The notes under the pieces: generated by a model
Seen by the model: the letters and a program-made list of their open reading frames with translations, nothing else
What the model was told of the DNA's origin: nothing
The model's database searches: none
Position numbers and translations under genes: made by a program
Source: Candidatus Latescibacterota bacterium
GTDB taxonomy: Bacteria; Latescibacterota; UBA2968; UBA8231
NCBI GenBank assembly: GCA_965243025.1
Contig: CBDETY010000003.1
Coordinates: 6,432,001-6,496,000 of the forward strand
Reading direction: 5' to 3'
Length of the DNA stretch: 64,000 bases
Shown: positions 9,704-19,110 of the stretch, piece by piece
Layout: each line of letters begins with the position of its first letter
Numbering within the stretch: position 1 is the stretch's first letter

Positions 9704-10519
9704 GTGATCGCCGACGTGCGCCATCACTTGTCCGTTGCCGCCCTGTACGGCCGCCTGTCGATGCAGCGGTCGCTGGAGTATCCGTTCTCGCTGCTGAGCA
9801 TCTGCCTCGGACTGGGGTTCAACTACGTCTGGATCGGCGTCGCCCTGAAGGTGCTGGTCGACCGGTTCCAGCCGCTGTCGGGATGGACCTTCTCGCAGCT
9901 CGCTTTCCTGTACGGGCTGAGCCTGATGAGCCGCGGCGTCATGTCCATCCTGTCGTTCCAGTCGCGGCAGATCGACCGCTTTGTCACCCGCGGCGAGTTC
10001 GACCTGATGCTTCTCAGACCCCTGGAGATCACCTTCCACTTCTCCTGCAACCGGATCAACTTGGTCGGCCTCGTGCATCTCGGCATCGGCGCCGGCTACT
10101 TCCTCTACGGGGCCCGGCTGTCCGGCTTTGTCTGGACGCCGCTGCACGTCGCCGAGGTGCTCCTCGTCATCGCCGGCGGGACCTTGATCTACTGGTCTTT
10201 CCTAACCCTCGTCAGCTCCATCGCGTTCTGGACCATGCGCAGCCAGCCCCTCGTCGACGCCAGCATGGAACTGATGGCGCGCGGCACGTTCTACCCGCTG
10301 ACCGTGTACCCCTGGCCCCTGCAGGCGCTGCTGACCTTCGTGCTTCCCCTCGGCTTCATCGGGTTCTACCCCGCCTGCCACTTCCTCGGCCAGAGCGCCA
10401 ACACTTCACTGCCCCTCGACGTGGCCCTGTGGACCCCCGCCGTGGGTGCCGCCATGCTCGTACTGGCCCTGGCCGTCTTTGCCGCCGGGCTTCGCCGCTA
10501 CGAAAGCGCCGGGTCGTAG
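9704..10519 (+). CDS. ABC-2 family permease (second subunit)
   Basis: GTG start; GEFDLMLLRP, YPLTVYP, C-terminal GLRRYESAGS. Confidence 0.88.
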   Translation: MIADVRHHLSVAALYGRLSMQRSLEYPFSLLSICLGLGFNYVWIGVALKVLVDRFQPLSGWTFSQLAFLYGLSLMSRGVMSILSFQSRQIDRFVTRGEFDLMLLRPLEITFHFSCNRINLVGLVHLGIGAGYFLYGARLSGFVWTPLHVAEVLLVIAGGTLIYWSFLTLVSSIAFWTMRSQPLVDASMELMARGTFYPLTVYPWPLQALLTFVLPLGFIGFYPACHFLGQSANTSLPLDVALWTPAVGAAMLVLALAVFAAGLRRYESAGS

Positions 10520-10522
10520 GCA

Positions 10523-11521
10523 ATGGCACACATAGAGCTGGAGAGGGTTTGCAAGACCTTCCGCGTGACCCGGAAGCAGAAGGGGCTGGCCGGCGCGGTG
10601 AAGGGCCTGTTCCGGCCCGACCGGCGTGAAGTGCACGCGGTGCGCGACGTGAGCTTTGCGATCGAGCCGGGCGAGCTGGTCGGCTTCATCGGTCCCAACG
10701 GCGCTGGGAAGTCGACGACGATCAAGATGCTCTCCGGCATCCTCTATCCCACCTCCGGGCGCGTCTCCGTCGTCGGCCTCTCGCCCCAGCAGAAGCGGCG
10801 GGCGGTCGTTCAACGCATCGGCGCCGTGTTCGGCCAGCGCAGCCAGCTGAACTGGGACCTGCGCCTGGGGGAGTCCTACGAGCTGTTCAAGCGGATCTAC
10901 CGCATTGCCGACGACGACTTCGAGCGGAGCCTGGCCGAGCTCTGCGAAGTCCTCGGAATCGCCGACCTTCTCGACACACCGGTGCGGCAGATGTCCCTCG
11001 GGCAACGCATGCGCGGGGAACTGGCAGGCGCCATGCTGCACGAGCCGGACATCCTGTTTCTCGACGAGCCCACGATGGGCATGGACATCGAGGTGAAAGC
11101 GGCGATCCGCACATTCATCCGCGACATCAACGAGCGCCGGGGCACCACCGTGCTGCTCACCACGCACGACCTGGACGACGTGGAGGAGCTCTGCGAGCGG
11201 CTGATCATCATCAACCAGGGACGCATCATCGAAGACGGCCCCCTGGCGGCGCTCGTCGACTCGATCACCCCGCACCGCTACCTGATCGTCGAGTGCGAAC
11301 CCGGCGCCGGAGAGCCGCTGGCCGGCTTCGCCCACGACCACGCGGAGATCCTCGAACGGCGGGACAGTGTCGTCCGCATCCGCTTTGCGAGGAGCCACGT
11401 GTCGGCGTCGGCGCTGATCTCGGAGCTGTCGGCCCGCTACCCGGTGCGCGACGTGTCCGTCCAGGAGCCCGACATCGAGGACGTGATTCGCACGGTCTAC
11501 GGGCGCGAGGTGGAGGGTTAG
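10523..11521 (+). CDS. ABC transporter ATP-binding protein
   Basis: Walker A GPNGAGKST, signature SLGQRMR, Walker B LFLDEPT, TTHD. Confidence 0.95.
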   Translation: MAHIELERVCKTFRVTRKQKGLAGAVKGLFRPDRREVHAVRDVSFAIEPGELVGFIGPNGAGKSTTIKMLSGILYPTSGRVSVVGLSPQQKRRAVVQRIGAVFGQRSQLNWDLRLGESYELFKRIYRIADDDFERSLAELCEVLGIADLLDTPVRQMSLGQRMRGELAGAMLHEPDILFLDEPTMGMDIEVKAAIRTFIRDINERRGTTVLLTTHDLDDVEELCERLIIINQGRIIEDGPLAALVDSITPHRYLIVECEPGAGEPLAGFAHDHAEILERRDSVVRIRFARSHVSASALISELSARYPVRDVSVQEPDIEDVIRTVYGREVEG

Positions 11522-11534
11522 ACGGGGTCAGGCC

Positions 11535-11594
11535 TGCGGCCGTCGCCTGGGGTGGGCGACCCTTCGGTGGGAGGCCAAGCGATTCATCAGGGGC
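11535..11594 (+). repeat. Intergenic repeat family 2, right copy
   Basis: Matches 8777-8836; starts 14 nt after the ATPase stop codon. Confidence 0.85.
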
Positions 11595-11744
11595 CTCTGT
11601 AGAACCTTTGCTTACGTTTTTTGGGGACGGCCTGACCGATATCAGTGCCTGATTTACCCGGGACAATCCGCCCGGTGATTCCGGGCCCTGAGGGTGAGGG
11701 GGCACGGGTAGAAACACCCAAATTATTGTCCGAAGAGATGAGCC

Positions 11745-12230
11745 ATGTCTGAACCACCATTCGATCTCGACAGCGCTGACCGCTGGTTCGGCATCGAGCT
11801 GAACAATCGCACCATGGACGCACTGGAGGCCGGACGGGTGACGCCGGAGACCGGCGAGCCGTTCATCCACGCCGCTCACGCCAGCTGCCACCACTGGATG
11901 CAGGTCGGGACCGTCGCCAACCACGGCCGGGGGGAGTTCGCCGTGGCCAGCGTCTATGCCGCGGCCGGACTGGGAGAGGCGGCCCTGCGCCACGCCCGGC
12001 GCTGCCTGGAGCTGGTGGAAGCCCACCCCGGGGAGATGGCGGACTGGGACCTGGCTTTCGCATACGACGCCCTGGCGAGAGCCTACGCCGCCGCCGGAGA
12101 GGTCGATGCGGCGCGTCGGACCAGGGAGCAGGCGAAGGCCGCTGGCGAAGCCATTTCCGAGGAGGAGGACCGCGTCTATTTCATGCGCTGGTTCGAAGGG
12201 GGGAACTGGCACGGGCTGCAGGAAGGATAG
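11745..12230 (+). CDS. Helical hypothetical protein (TPR-like)
   Basis: HAAHASCHHW and WDLAFAYDALARAYA; typical GC-rich third codon positions. Confidence 0.7.
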   Translation: MSEPPFDLDSADRWFGIELNNRTMDALEAGRVTPETGEPFIHAAHASCHHWMQVGTVANHGRGEFAVASVYAAAGLGEAALRHARRCLELVEAHPGEMADWDLAFAYDALARAYAAAGEVDAARRTREQAKAAGEAISEEEDRVYFMRWFEGGNWHGLQEG

Positions 12231-12332
12231 CCTGTCCCCTCGCGTTTCAGCTCCTGTTCGCATTTGACCCGGCCCCTATCGGCCGGGAAAGAGAAAACTC
12301 CACCCCTACCTCACCATTCAGGCCCCTCCTCC

Positions 12333-14132
12333 ATGCTGCGCGTTCTTGTAGTCCTGCTCCTCAGCCTGACTGCCTGCTCGCGGGATCGACCCGCGACGAC
12401 GGGCTTCCTCGACGTGGACCTGTCCGCCGATCCCCGGCAGGTTCAGGACCTGCCGGGTTCTCAATTGAGGGATCCGAATGCAGCCGCGCCCAAAACCCGG
12501 AGCTCTTCGGTCTGGCTGGAGCCGTCGCCGTCTTCGTTTTCTTTCAATGAAGACGATTCGGCCTGGAGGACTATTACGGTCCGCACCTCTTCCGATCTGG
12601 ACAGTGTTCTTGTCGTCGTCAATCCGACCGGAAAGGACAAGGCGTTGGAAGTGGCCGGGGGACGTTCACCGCCGTCGCGGAATTTCTGTCCCGCGGAGAA
12701 CAACGACAGCCCTGCAAGAGCGCGGCGCAACGGGTGGTCATTGCATTTATCCGCCTGTGAGGCCGGCGAGACGGAGATCGTCATATTCGATTACAATCAG
12801 ACAGAACTGGCTCGGTATGCCGTCCAGGTCGCTGAATCCAGCAACAGGACCGGCTCTTCGGTCTGGCTGGAGCCGCCGCCGTCTTCGGTTTCTTTCAGCG
12901 AAGACGATTCGGCCTGGAGGACTTTTACGGTCCGCACTTCTTCCGATCTGGACAGTGTTCTTGTCGTCGTCAATCCGACCGGAAAGGACAAGGCGTTGGA
13001 AGTGGCCGGGGGACGTTCACCGCCGTCGCGGAATTACTGTCCCGCCGAAGCCAACGACAGTCCTTCAAGAGCGCGGAGAAACTGGTGGTCATTGCATTTG
13101 TCCGCCTGTGAGGCTGGCGAGACGGAGATCGCCGTCTATGATTTCGAGGGCGTTGAACTGGCCCGCTATACGATTGAAGTTGCCGACCAGTTTGAGCCCA
13201 AGCCGGATTATCCCGAGCGCTGGATGGACGATCTGCCCGATCATTCGGTCTTCGATATCGAACTGGTATTCCTCGACGACTTTGCCCAGTGGCAAAAGGA
13301 CGAGATGCGGTGGGCGGCTGACCTCTGGGAACTGGCATTTACCGACGAGCTTCCCGATGCAGATATCGATCATTTGCAGGCCTGGCTTCCGTTTAATGAT
13401 ATCGCCTTCTCCTGCGGTAATCATTTCATAGAGGAACCAGGCGGAGTCATCGACGACGTCAAGGTTTACGTAGCAAAGCACGAGAAATCCTGGTTTCTGG
13501 CTGTTGGCGGCCCTCAATTGGCTCGAGCAGGACTGAATCGGACGACCGTGTTGGGATGTATAGAGATAAGGGACGAGCAATACCTCAATTTCGACCAGGT
13601 TTTTGCCCACGAGCTGGGGCATGTTCTTGGAATTGGAACCAGCGGTTTCGTACACGACCCAAACAGCGAGCACCGCGTCATTGCCAGCAACACTCTTTAT
13701 TATGAATATCCTCCCGGAACCGCTGAAAGCGATAAACGGAATACACACACATACCTCATAGCACCGGAAGCTCAGCGCGCGTTCAGGGAAATGGGAAATT
13801 GGCCGACTGAAGAGATTCCACTTGCCGGGGGGCATTGGGCGCAATACCCGCTCGGCAACTCGGTCATGACCCTCGGAAACAGGACTGTTTTCGAACCTAG
13901 GATTACTGAAGTCGACCTCGGTCTCCTGTCGCATCTCGGCTATCCCGTCGGCAGTTCGCCGACCAAGCCTGTCCATTTCATACGGGCTGTTCCCTTTGCT
14001 GACGGAGAGTACGAGCTCGAAGGCTGGAACCTGGAAGTGCCGCATCCCCGGCTGCAGAGGATTTATGGCAAGCCTGTAGCTGGTCCGGATGTATGGTGCG
14101 GCGTCGGGCACAATCTGCAGCAGCCAAGGTGA
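12333..14132 (+). CDS. Lipoprotein with two 117-aa repeats and a leishmanolysin (M8)-like zinc metallopeptidase domain
   Basis: Lipobox LTAC; HELGHVLGIG, followed by GGHW and SVMT (third His and Met-turn pattern). Confidence 0.7.
   Translation: MLRVLVVLLLSLTACSRDRPATTGFLDVDLSADPRQVQDLPGSQLRDPNAAAPKTRSSSVWLEPSPSSFSFNEDDSAWRTITVRTSSDLDSVLVVVNPTGKDKALEVAGGRSPPSRNFCPAENNDSPARARRNGWSLHLSACEAGETEIVIFDYNQTELARYAVQVAESSNRTGSSVWLEPPPSSVSFSEDDSAWRTFTVRTSSDLDSVLVVVNPTGKDKALEVAGGRSPPSRNYCPAEANDSPSRARRNWWSLHLSACEAGETEIAVYDFEGVELARYTIEVADQFEPKPDYPERWMDDLPDHSVFDIELVFLDDFAQWQKDEMRWAADLWELAFTDELPDADIDHLQAWLPFNDIAFSCGNHFIEEPGGVIDDVKVYVAKHEKSWFLAVGGPQLARAGLNRTTVLGCIEIRDEQYLNFDQVFAHELGHVLGIGTSGFVHDPNSEHRVIASNTLYYEYPPGTAESDKRNTHTYLIAPEAQRAFREMGNWPTEEIPLAGGHWAQYPLGNSVMTLGNRTVFEPRITEVDLGLLSHLGYPVGSSPTKPVHFIRAVPFADGEYELEGWNLEVPHPRLQRIYGKPVAGPDVWCGVGHNLQQPR
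12502..13185 (+). repeat. Intragenic tandem duplication, 351-bp period
   Basis: gctcttcggtctggctggagccg at 12502 and 12853; the two units are near-identical. Confidence 0.92.
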
Positions 14133-14150
14133 AACACCCACAAGTACATC

Positions 14151-14246
14151 ATGACCTGCCGCGTCGAGGTCGGGCGGCAGTTCGTCGTCATCGCGACGGG
14201 CACTGGATCGGACGCCGGGCTCGTCGCCTTCGCGCGACCGAAGTAG
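14151..14246 (+). pseudogene. Remnant resembling the C-terminus of a PQQ-dependent dehydrogenase
   Basis: Translates MTCRVEVGRQFVVIATGTGSDAGLVAFARPK*, similar to the PMTY..GRQYVVIA.G...LVAFALP terminus. Confidence 0.6.
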
Positions 14247-14262
14247 CCAACAGGAGGTTTTA

Positions 14263-15000
14263 ATGCTGACTGACGAACAGATGCGGCAGTTTAGAGAAGA
14301 TGGCTATCTCGTTTTTGCAGCCCTGATACAAGGCGAGCGATTGGCCTACTACAAGCAGGTGTTTGATGAATTGGTCGCAGAGGGGTGCAAATTGACCGAG
14401 GAGGCACCACACTGGACGCTCGAGTTGGACGAGCGCGGTGAACCCCGGGCGGGTTTGTTGCACAAAATTCAGGGGGTTTGCGTGGTCGATGCCCGCGTGT
14501 TGGAACTGGCGCGTGAACCGGCGATTTTAGACCGCGTGGCTGTATTGATCGGTGAAAATGTCGATGTGTTTGGCACCAAGTTTTTTCCGAAGTTGCCCAA
14601 TGGCGGCACTTCAACGGGCTGGCACCAGGACAATTTTTATTTTGGCACCGATACGGATCGCATTATCAGTTGCGGGATTTATCTTGAAGATTCAGATGTG
14701 GAGAATGGGTGTTTGCGGGTGGTGCCTGGCAGTCACCGGATGGGCGAGATTGTCGAGCACCGCCCAAATCCAAGCAGCCATGGCAGTTGGACACAGGTCG
14801 ATGAATCGCGGGCTGTGGATCTGGTTATTCCCGCTGGTACGGTTGTTTTGTTTTCCGCCAATCTGCTGCACGGCTCTTATGATAACCACAGCAATCGCAC
14901 GCGCTATAGTACGGCATGGCATTATCTGCCCGAAGAACTCAATTCAGAAAAGTTTCCAAAGGGCATTTACGAAGATCGACATGTGGCGTGTAAGCATTGA
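14263..15000 (+). CDS. Phytanoyl-CoA dioxygenase (PhyH) family Fe/2OG oxygenase
   Basis: FREDGY, WHQDN, ENGCLRVVPGSH, LLHGS; AGGAGG RBS; visibly more AT-rich codons. Confidence 0.92.
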   Translation: MLTDEQMRQFREDGYLVFAALIQGERLAYYKQVFDELVAEGCKLTEEAPHWTLELDERGEPRAGLLHKIQGVCVVDARVLELAREPAILDRVAVLIGENVDVFGTKFFPKLPNGGTSTGWHQDNFYFGTDTDRIISCGIYLEDSDVENGCLRVVPGSHRMGEIVEHRPNPSSHGSWTQVDESRAVDLVIPAGTVVLFSANLLHGSYDNHSNRTRYSTAWHYLPEELNSEKFPKGIYEDRHVACKH

Positions 15001-15116
15001 GAAGCGGAGGCTGGTGTACCCTCAAGTACTAGCTTGACCCTGAAACGCGCCACCCGGCCGGCAGCGGCAGTTGAGCCTCAGCTGACTGGCGGTCCGTGAC
15101 TGCAGGCACACCGGGG

Positions 15117-15931
15117 CTACCTGGTCGCGGTCAACTCGAAGGTCAGCGGCAGGAAGTCCCCGTCGAACGGCAGACGCCAGAGGCCGTCGCCCCCCCGGGT
15201 CATGCCGGGAAACTGCTTGTACAGGGTTGCCGGGTGCTCCGCGAAAGACGTGAGGCGAAGGCCCGAGCCGAGCAAGGCGGTGAGAATCTCCCCGATGCTG
15301 TGCTGCCACTCGTGGCAGGGGGACTCGATCGGCTCGTCCCCTGCATAGGAGGGCCCGCCGCCTGGAAAGGACATGCCCTCAGGGTCCGGAAAGTAGCCGT
15401 ACCGGACGTTGAGATCCCCTGGCGAATCGAGCCGTGTCTCGTCGTAGACCTGGCTCGCGGGATGAATCTCCAGCAGGTAGAAGAGCCCGCCGGGCTTCAG
15501 GTACCGCGCCGCCACCTCCCCCCAGGCGGAAGGTCCGGGAGCCAGGCGAGAACCCCCATGGCCGTGTAGACGATGTCGAACCCGGCATCGAGGACCCGCG
15601 GCAGGTCGTAGATGTCGGAACGCACGAACCTGGCGTCCAGCCCGGCCTCGTCGTTGAGTTTCCGCGCAAGGTCAATGGCAGCCTCGGAGAGGTCCACGCC
15701 TGTGGCTTTTGCGCCGAGCCGCGCCCAGGACAGGGTGTCCAGGCCGAAATGGCATTGCAGGTGCAGGAGCGACTTGCCGCGGATGTCGCCGACCCCGGCG
15801 CGTTCGAACTGGCTCAGGGTGATCCGTCCGTCCTTGAAGCCCGCCACGTCGTAGAAGTCGGATCCGGCGTGCACTCCCGTGCGTTCGTTCCAGTTCGCGC
15901 GGTTCAGCGCGATTCGCGGGTCACTGGTCAT
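15117..15931 (-). pseudogene. Class I SAM-dependent methyltransferase split by a 1-nt frameshift
   Basis: LLHLQCHFGLDT...WLPDL in one frame continues as AWGEVAARYLKPGG...EIHP in another; shift near 15525-15531. Confidence 0.8.
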
Positions 15932-16019
15932 GGTGAGGGGGAAGTTGGTTTGGTGTCGCCGAAAGCGACGGTTTTCTTGAATTCCGCAAGTTCGCAGGAA
16001 GCCAATACTTCAGACTCCA

Positions 16020-17273
16020 CTATTGCTCGAGCCGGCGCACGGTCCTGCCGCCCTGCACGGCCTCATGGAGTTCCCTGAACGCATCGCTGCCGTCGTCGGG
16101 AACCGCTTCCAGGGTCGATCCCTCCTCGCAGGTCGGCATGGCGTCCTTCGGATAGACCGAGTGGAGCTCCTGCTTGGTGCAACCGTAGTAGGTGGCTTCT
16201 CCGCTGGCGCGGCCATAGCGGTAGACATGGCGGGGCAGGTCCACGAATGAGTAGTCCACCTCGTATCTCTGCATGGCTTCCCGATCGACTTCCACACCGA
16301 TACCCGGTTTTTCAGGCACACGGTAGAAACCGCCGCGCAGCTCGATCGGTTCTGAAATGAGCTGGCTTTCCCAGATATTCATGCAGGTAATCGCCGGCCA
16401 CCTGGCTTGAGCGCATACGGCGCCGAGGTGGGCGGCCCATGTCGTGGTGATCCCGGTGCCGACGAGTTGCAGCCAGAAAGGCTTGTTCGCTTCCTCGCAA
16501 ACGGTCGCCTGTTTCAGCAGGCTGTGGGCGCCGGCGCAGAGAACGAAGCCGTCCGCCACGTCTTCGTGCAGCGCGGTCAGGATGGGCGGCGAACCGAAGT
16601 GCATGGCCACAGGCCGGTTGATGCGCTGGCGGATCTGCTTGTTGCCGGCGACGTCATCCTGCGGAATCGGGGTTTCGATCATGGCGACCTGCCCGTACTG
16701 TTCGAGGGTCTTGAGGAACTCGACGGCATTGGCCGCGTTCGCGAGGGTTCCGTTGAAGTCCAGGTCCAGCTTGAACTGCGGGGGCACGTCCTGAATGATG
16801 GCCTCGATGGCTTCATGCAGATCATACCAGGTCCGCGCCTTGAGTTTGGAGGACATGTAACCCTGCCCGACGGCATCGACGCATTGTTGGGCCCAGTCTT
16901 TCGGAGGCATGTCCATCGCCCACCAGGAGAGCGGACACCATTCCCGGATTTTCGTCCCCAGAAGCCGGTATGCAGGAGTGTTCAAGGCTTTGCCCACGGC
17001 GTCGAAGAGCGCAATCTGGACGCCGGCGCCCAGACCGTCCTCCCACAACAGATCGCCGGCTTCGCGCCCGACAATCTGTTCCTCGATATCGCCGGGCACC
17101 CCGGCCCAGGTGTAGTTGGGAATGGTTTCGCCCCAGCCGGTCACACCGTTGTCGAGGGTGATTCTGCAGACCTGGACAATGCGCCAGTGCGGCAGCCAGT
17201 ACTGCATGTGTTCGTTGGTGTGAGGGGTGAAAGGAACGTCCAGGTAAGTGAGTTCGACGTCGGCGATTTTCAT
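16020..17273 (-). CDS. Enolase-superfamily (MR/MLE) protein
   Basis: GWGE, IALFDAVGK, KLKAR, LDFNG, IETP, PGIGVEVD. Confidence 0.88.
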   Translation of the reverse strand: MKIADVELTYLDVPFTPHTNEHMQYWLPHWRIVQVCRITLDNGVTGWGETIPNYTWAGVPGDIEEQIVGREAGDLLWEDGLGAGVQIALFDAVGKALNTPAYRLLGTKIREWCPLSWWAMDMPPKDWAQQCVDAVGQGYMSSKLKARTWYDLHEAIEAIIQDVPPQFKLDLDFNGTLANAANAVEFLKTLEQYGQVAMIETPIPQDDVAGNKQIRQRINRPVAMHFGSPPILTALHEDVADGFVLCAGAHSLLKQATVCEEANKPFWLQLVGTGITTTWAAHLGAVCAQARWPAITCMNIWESQLISEPIELRGGFYRVPEKPGIGVEVDREAMQRYEVDYSFVDLPRHVYRYGRASGEATYYGCTKQELHSVYPKDAMPTCEEGSTLEAVPDDGSDAFRELHEAVQGGRTVRRLEQ

Positions 17274-17331
17274 GGCTGTTTCCTTCCTTTATTTGACCGA
17301 GTTGCCACTTCAATATGAAAAGGAGCGGTAA

Positions 17332-19110
17332 ATGTCCATGACCTCGCGCCCCAACATCGTCTTCGTCCTCACCGACGACCAGGGGTACGGCGACCTCGGC
17401 TGCCACGGCAACGACGCCATCCGAACGCCCTGCCTCGACCGCTTCCACCGGGACGCAGTGCGCTTCACCGACTACCACGTCGGCTCCACCTGCGCCCCAA
17501 CCCGCGCCGGCCTCCTCACCGGCCATTTCTGCAACAGCGCCGGCGTCTGGCACACCATCGGCGGCCGCTCGCTGCTGCGCGCCGACGAGTGGACCCTCGC
17601 CGACGCGCTCGCCGGCGCCGGCTACCGCACCGGGCACTTCGGCAAGTGGCACCTCGGCGACAGCCCGCCCTACCGGCCGCACGAGCGCGGCTTCGCCGAG
17701 TCCGTCTACCACGCCGGCGGCGGCATCGGCAACACCGGGGACCCCTGGGGCAACGACTACTTCGACGACACCTATTTCAAAAACGGCGTCCCCACGCAGT
17801 ACGAGGGGTACTGCACGGACGTGTTCTTCCGCGAGGGCCGGCGCTTCATCGCAGAGAACGCCGGCGGGCCCTTCTTCTGCTACATCGCCGCCAACGCGCC
17901 GCACGGACCGCTCAACGTCGAGCCTCACTACGTCGAGCCGTACCGCGGCGCCGCCCCGCACGAAGAGCGCGCCCGTTTCTACGGCATGATCGCCAACATC
18001 GACGAGAACTTCGGCCGCCTGCAGGCCGCGCTCGACGAGGCGGGTATCGCCGGCAACACCATCCTCGTCTTCATGACCGACAACGGCACCGCCACCGGGG
18101 TCGACCTCGACGCCGGCCAGTTCCCCCTGGAAGGGCAGGGAAGCTGCAACGCCGGAATGCGCGGCAGGAAAGGCTCTCCGTACGAGGGCGGCCACCGCGT
18201 GCCGTTCTTCATCCGCTACCCGGACGGGGGCATCGCCGGCGGCAGGGACATCGACGCGCTGACCAGCTACGTCGATTTCATGCCGACCCTGCTCGACTTG
18301 TGCGGAGTCGAAGTCCCGGCTGGCCGCACCTTCCACGGCAGGAGCCTGGTTCCGCTGCTGCGAGGCGCGGACGACGCAGCCTGGGCCGGGCGCGTCAACG
18401 TCTGCGACACGCAGCGCGTGGCCGATCCGGTCAAATGGCGCAAGAGCGCGGTGATGAAGGACAAGTGGCGGCTCATCGACGGCCGCGAGCTCTACGACCT
18501 CGGGGCGGACCCCGGCCAGCGGCAGGACATCGCACCTGAAAACCCGAAAGTCGTCGCCGACCTGCGCGCCGCGTACGACGACTGGTGGGAGCTCGTGTCG
18601 GAGCAGTTCGACCGCGACGAGCCGATGGCCCTCGGGGGGAACGATCAGCAGGTCAAGCTCACCACCCACGACATCCGCAACGAGGCCTGCAGCGCCGTCT
18701 GGAACCAGCGCCAGGTCCGCACCGGGCAGATCACGAGCGGCTACTGGGCCGTCGACGTAAAAGAGGCGGGCCGCTACCGGATCGAGCTGCGGCGCTGGCC
18801 CGAGGAGACCGGCTATGCCCTTGCCGCCGGGATCGAGGGGGACGACAGCGGCTGGTACCGCGACGGCATCCAGCCGCAAGAGGCTCCGGCCTACGAGGGC
18901 GGGGTAGCCCTATCCCTCGGCTGGGCGCAGCTGTCCATCGGCGGACTGAATTACCAGCAGGAAGTCGATCCTGCCGCGGCGAGCGCCTGCTTCGAACTCG
19001 ATCTGGGCGCGGGACCCGACCGGCTATACGCCTCGTTCTACGACCACGCGGAGCGGACCATCGCCCCTTACTACGTGTACGTGCGGAAGGTCAAGGAGCT
19101 CGCCGGTTGA
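17332..19110 (+). CDS. Arylsulfatase (formylglycine-dependent)
   Basis: PNIVFVLTDDQG, CAPTRAGLLTG, GKWHLG, YEGGHRVP. Confidence 0.93.
   Translation: MSMTSRPNIVFVLTDDQGYGDLGCHGNDAIRTPCLDRFHRDAVRFTDYHVGSTCAPTRAGLLTGHFCNSAGVWHTIGGRSLLRADEWTLADALAGAGYRTGHFGKWHLGDSPPYRPHERGFAESVYHAGGGIGNTGDPWGNDYFDDTYFKNGVPTQYEGYCTDVFFREGRRFIAENAGGPFFCYIAANAPHGPLNVEPHYVEPYRGAAPHEERARFYGMIANIDENFGRLQAALDEAGIAGNTILVFMTDNGTATGVDLDAGQFPLEGQGSCNAGMRGRKGSPYEGGHRVPFFIRYPDGGIAGGRDIDALTSYVDFMPTLLDLCGVEVPAGRTFHGRSLVPLLRGADDAAWAGRVNVCDTQRVADPVKWRKSAVMKDKWRLIDGRELYDLGADPGQRQDIAPENPKVVADLRAAYDDWWELVSEQFDRDEPMALGGNDQQVKLTTHDIRNEACSAVWNQRQVRTGQITSGYWAVDVKEAGRYRIELRRWPEETGYALAAGIEGDDSGWYRDGIQPQEAPAYEGGVALSLGWAQLSIGGLNYQQEVDPAAASACFELDLGAGPDRLYASFYDHAERTIAPYYVYVRKVKELAG

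Noticed and set aside
8777-11594. Integron attC cassette
   Set aside because: The repeats lack RYYYAAC/GTTRRRY cores and no intI is in the window
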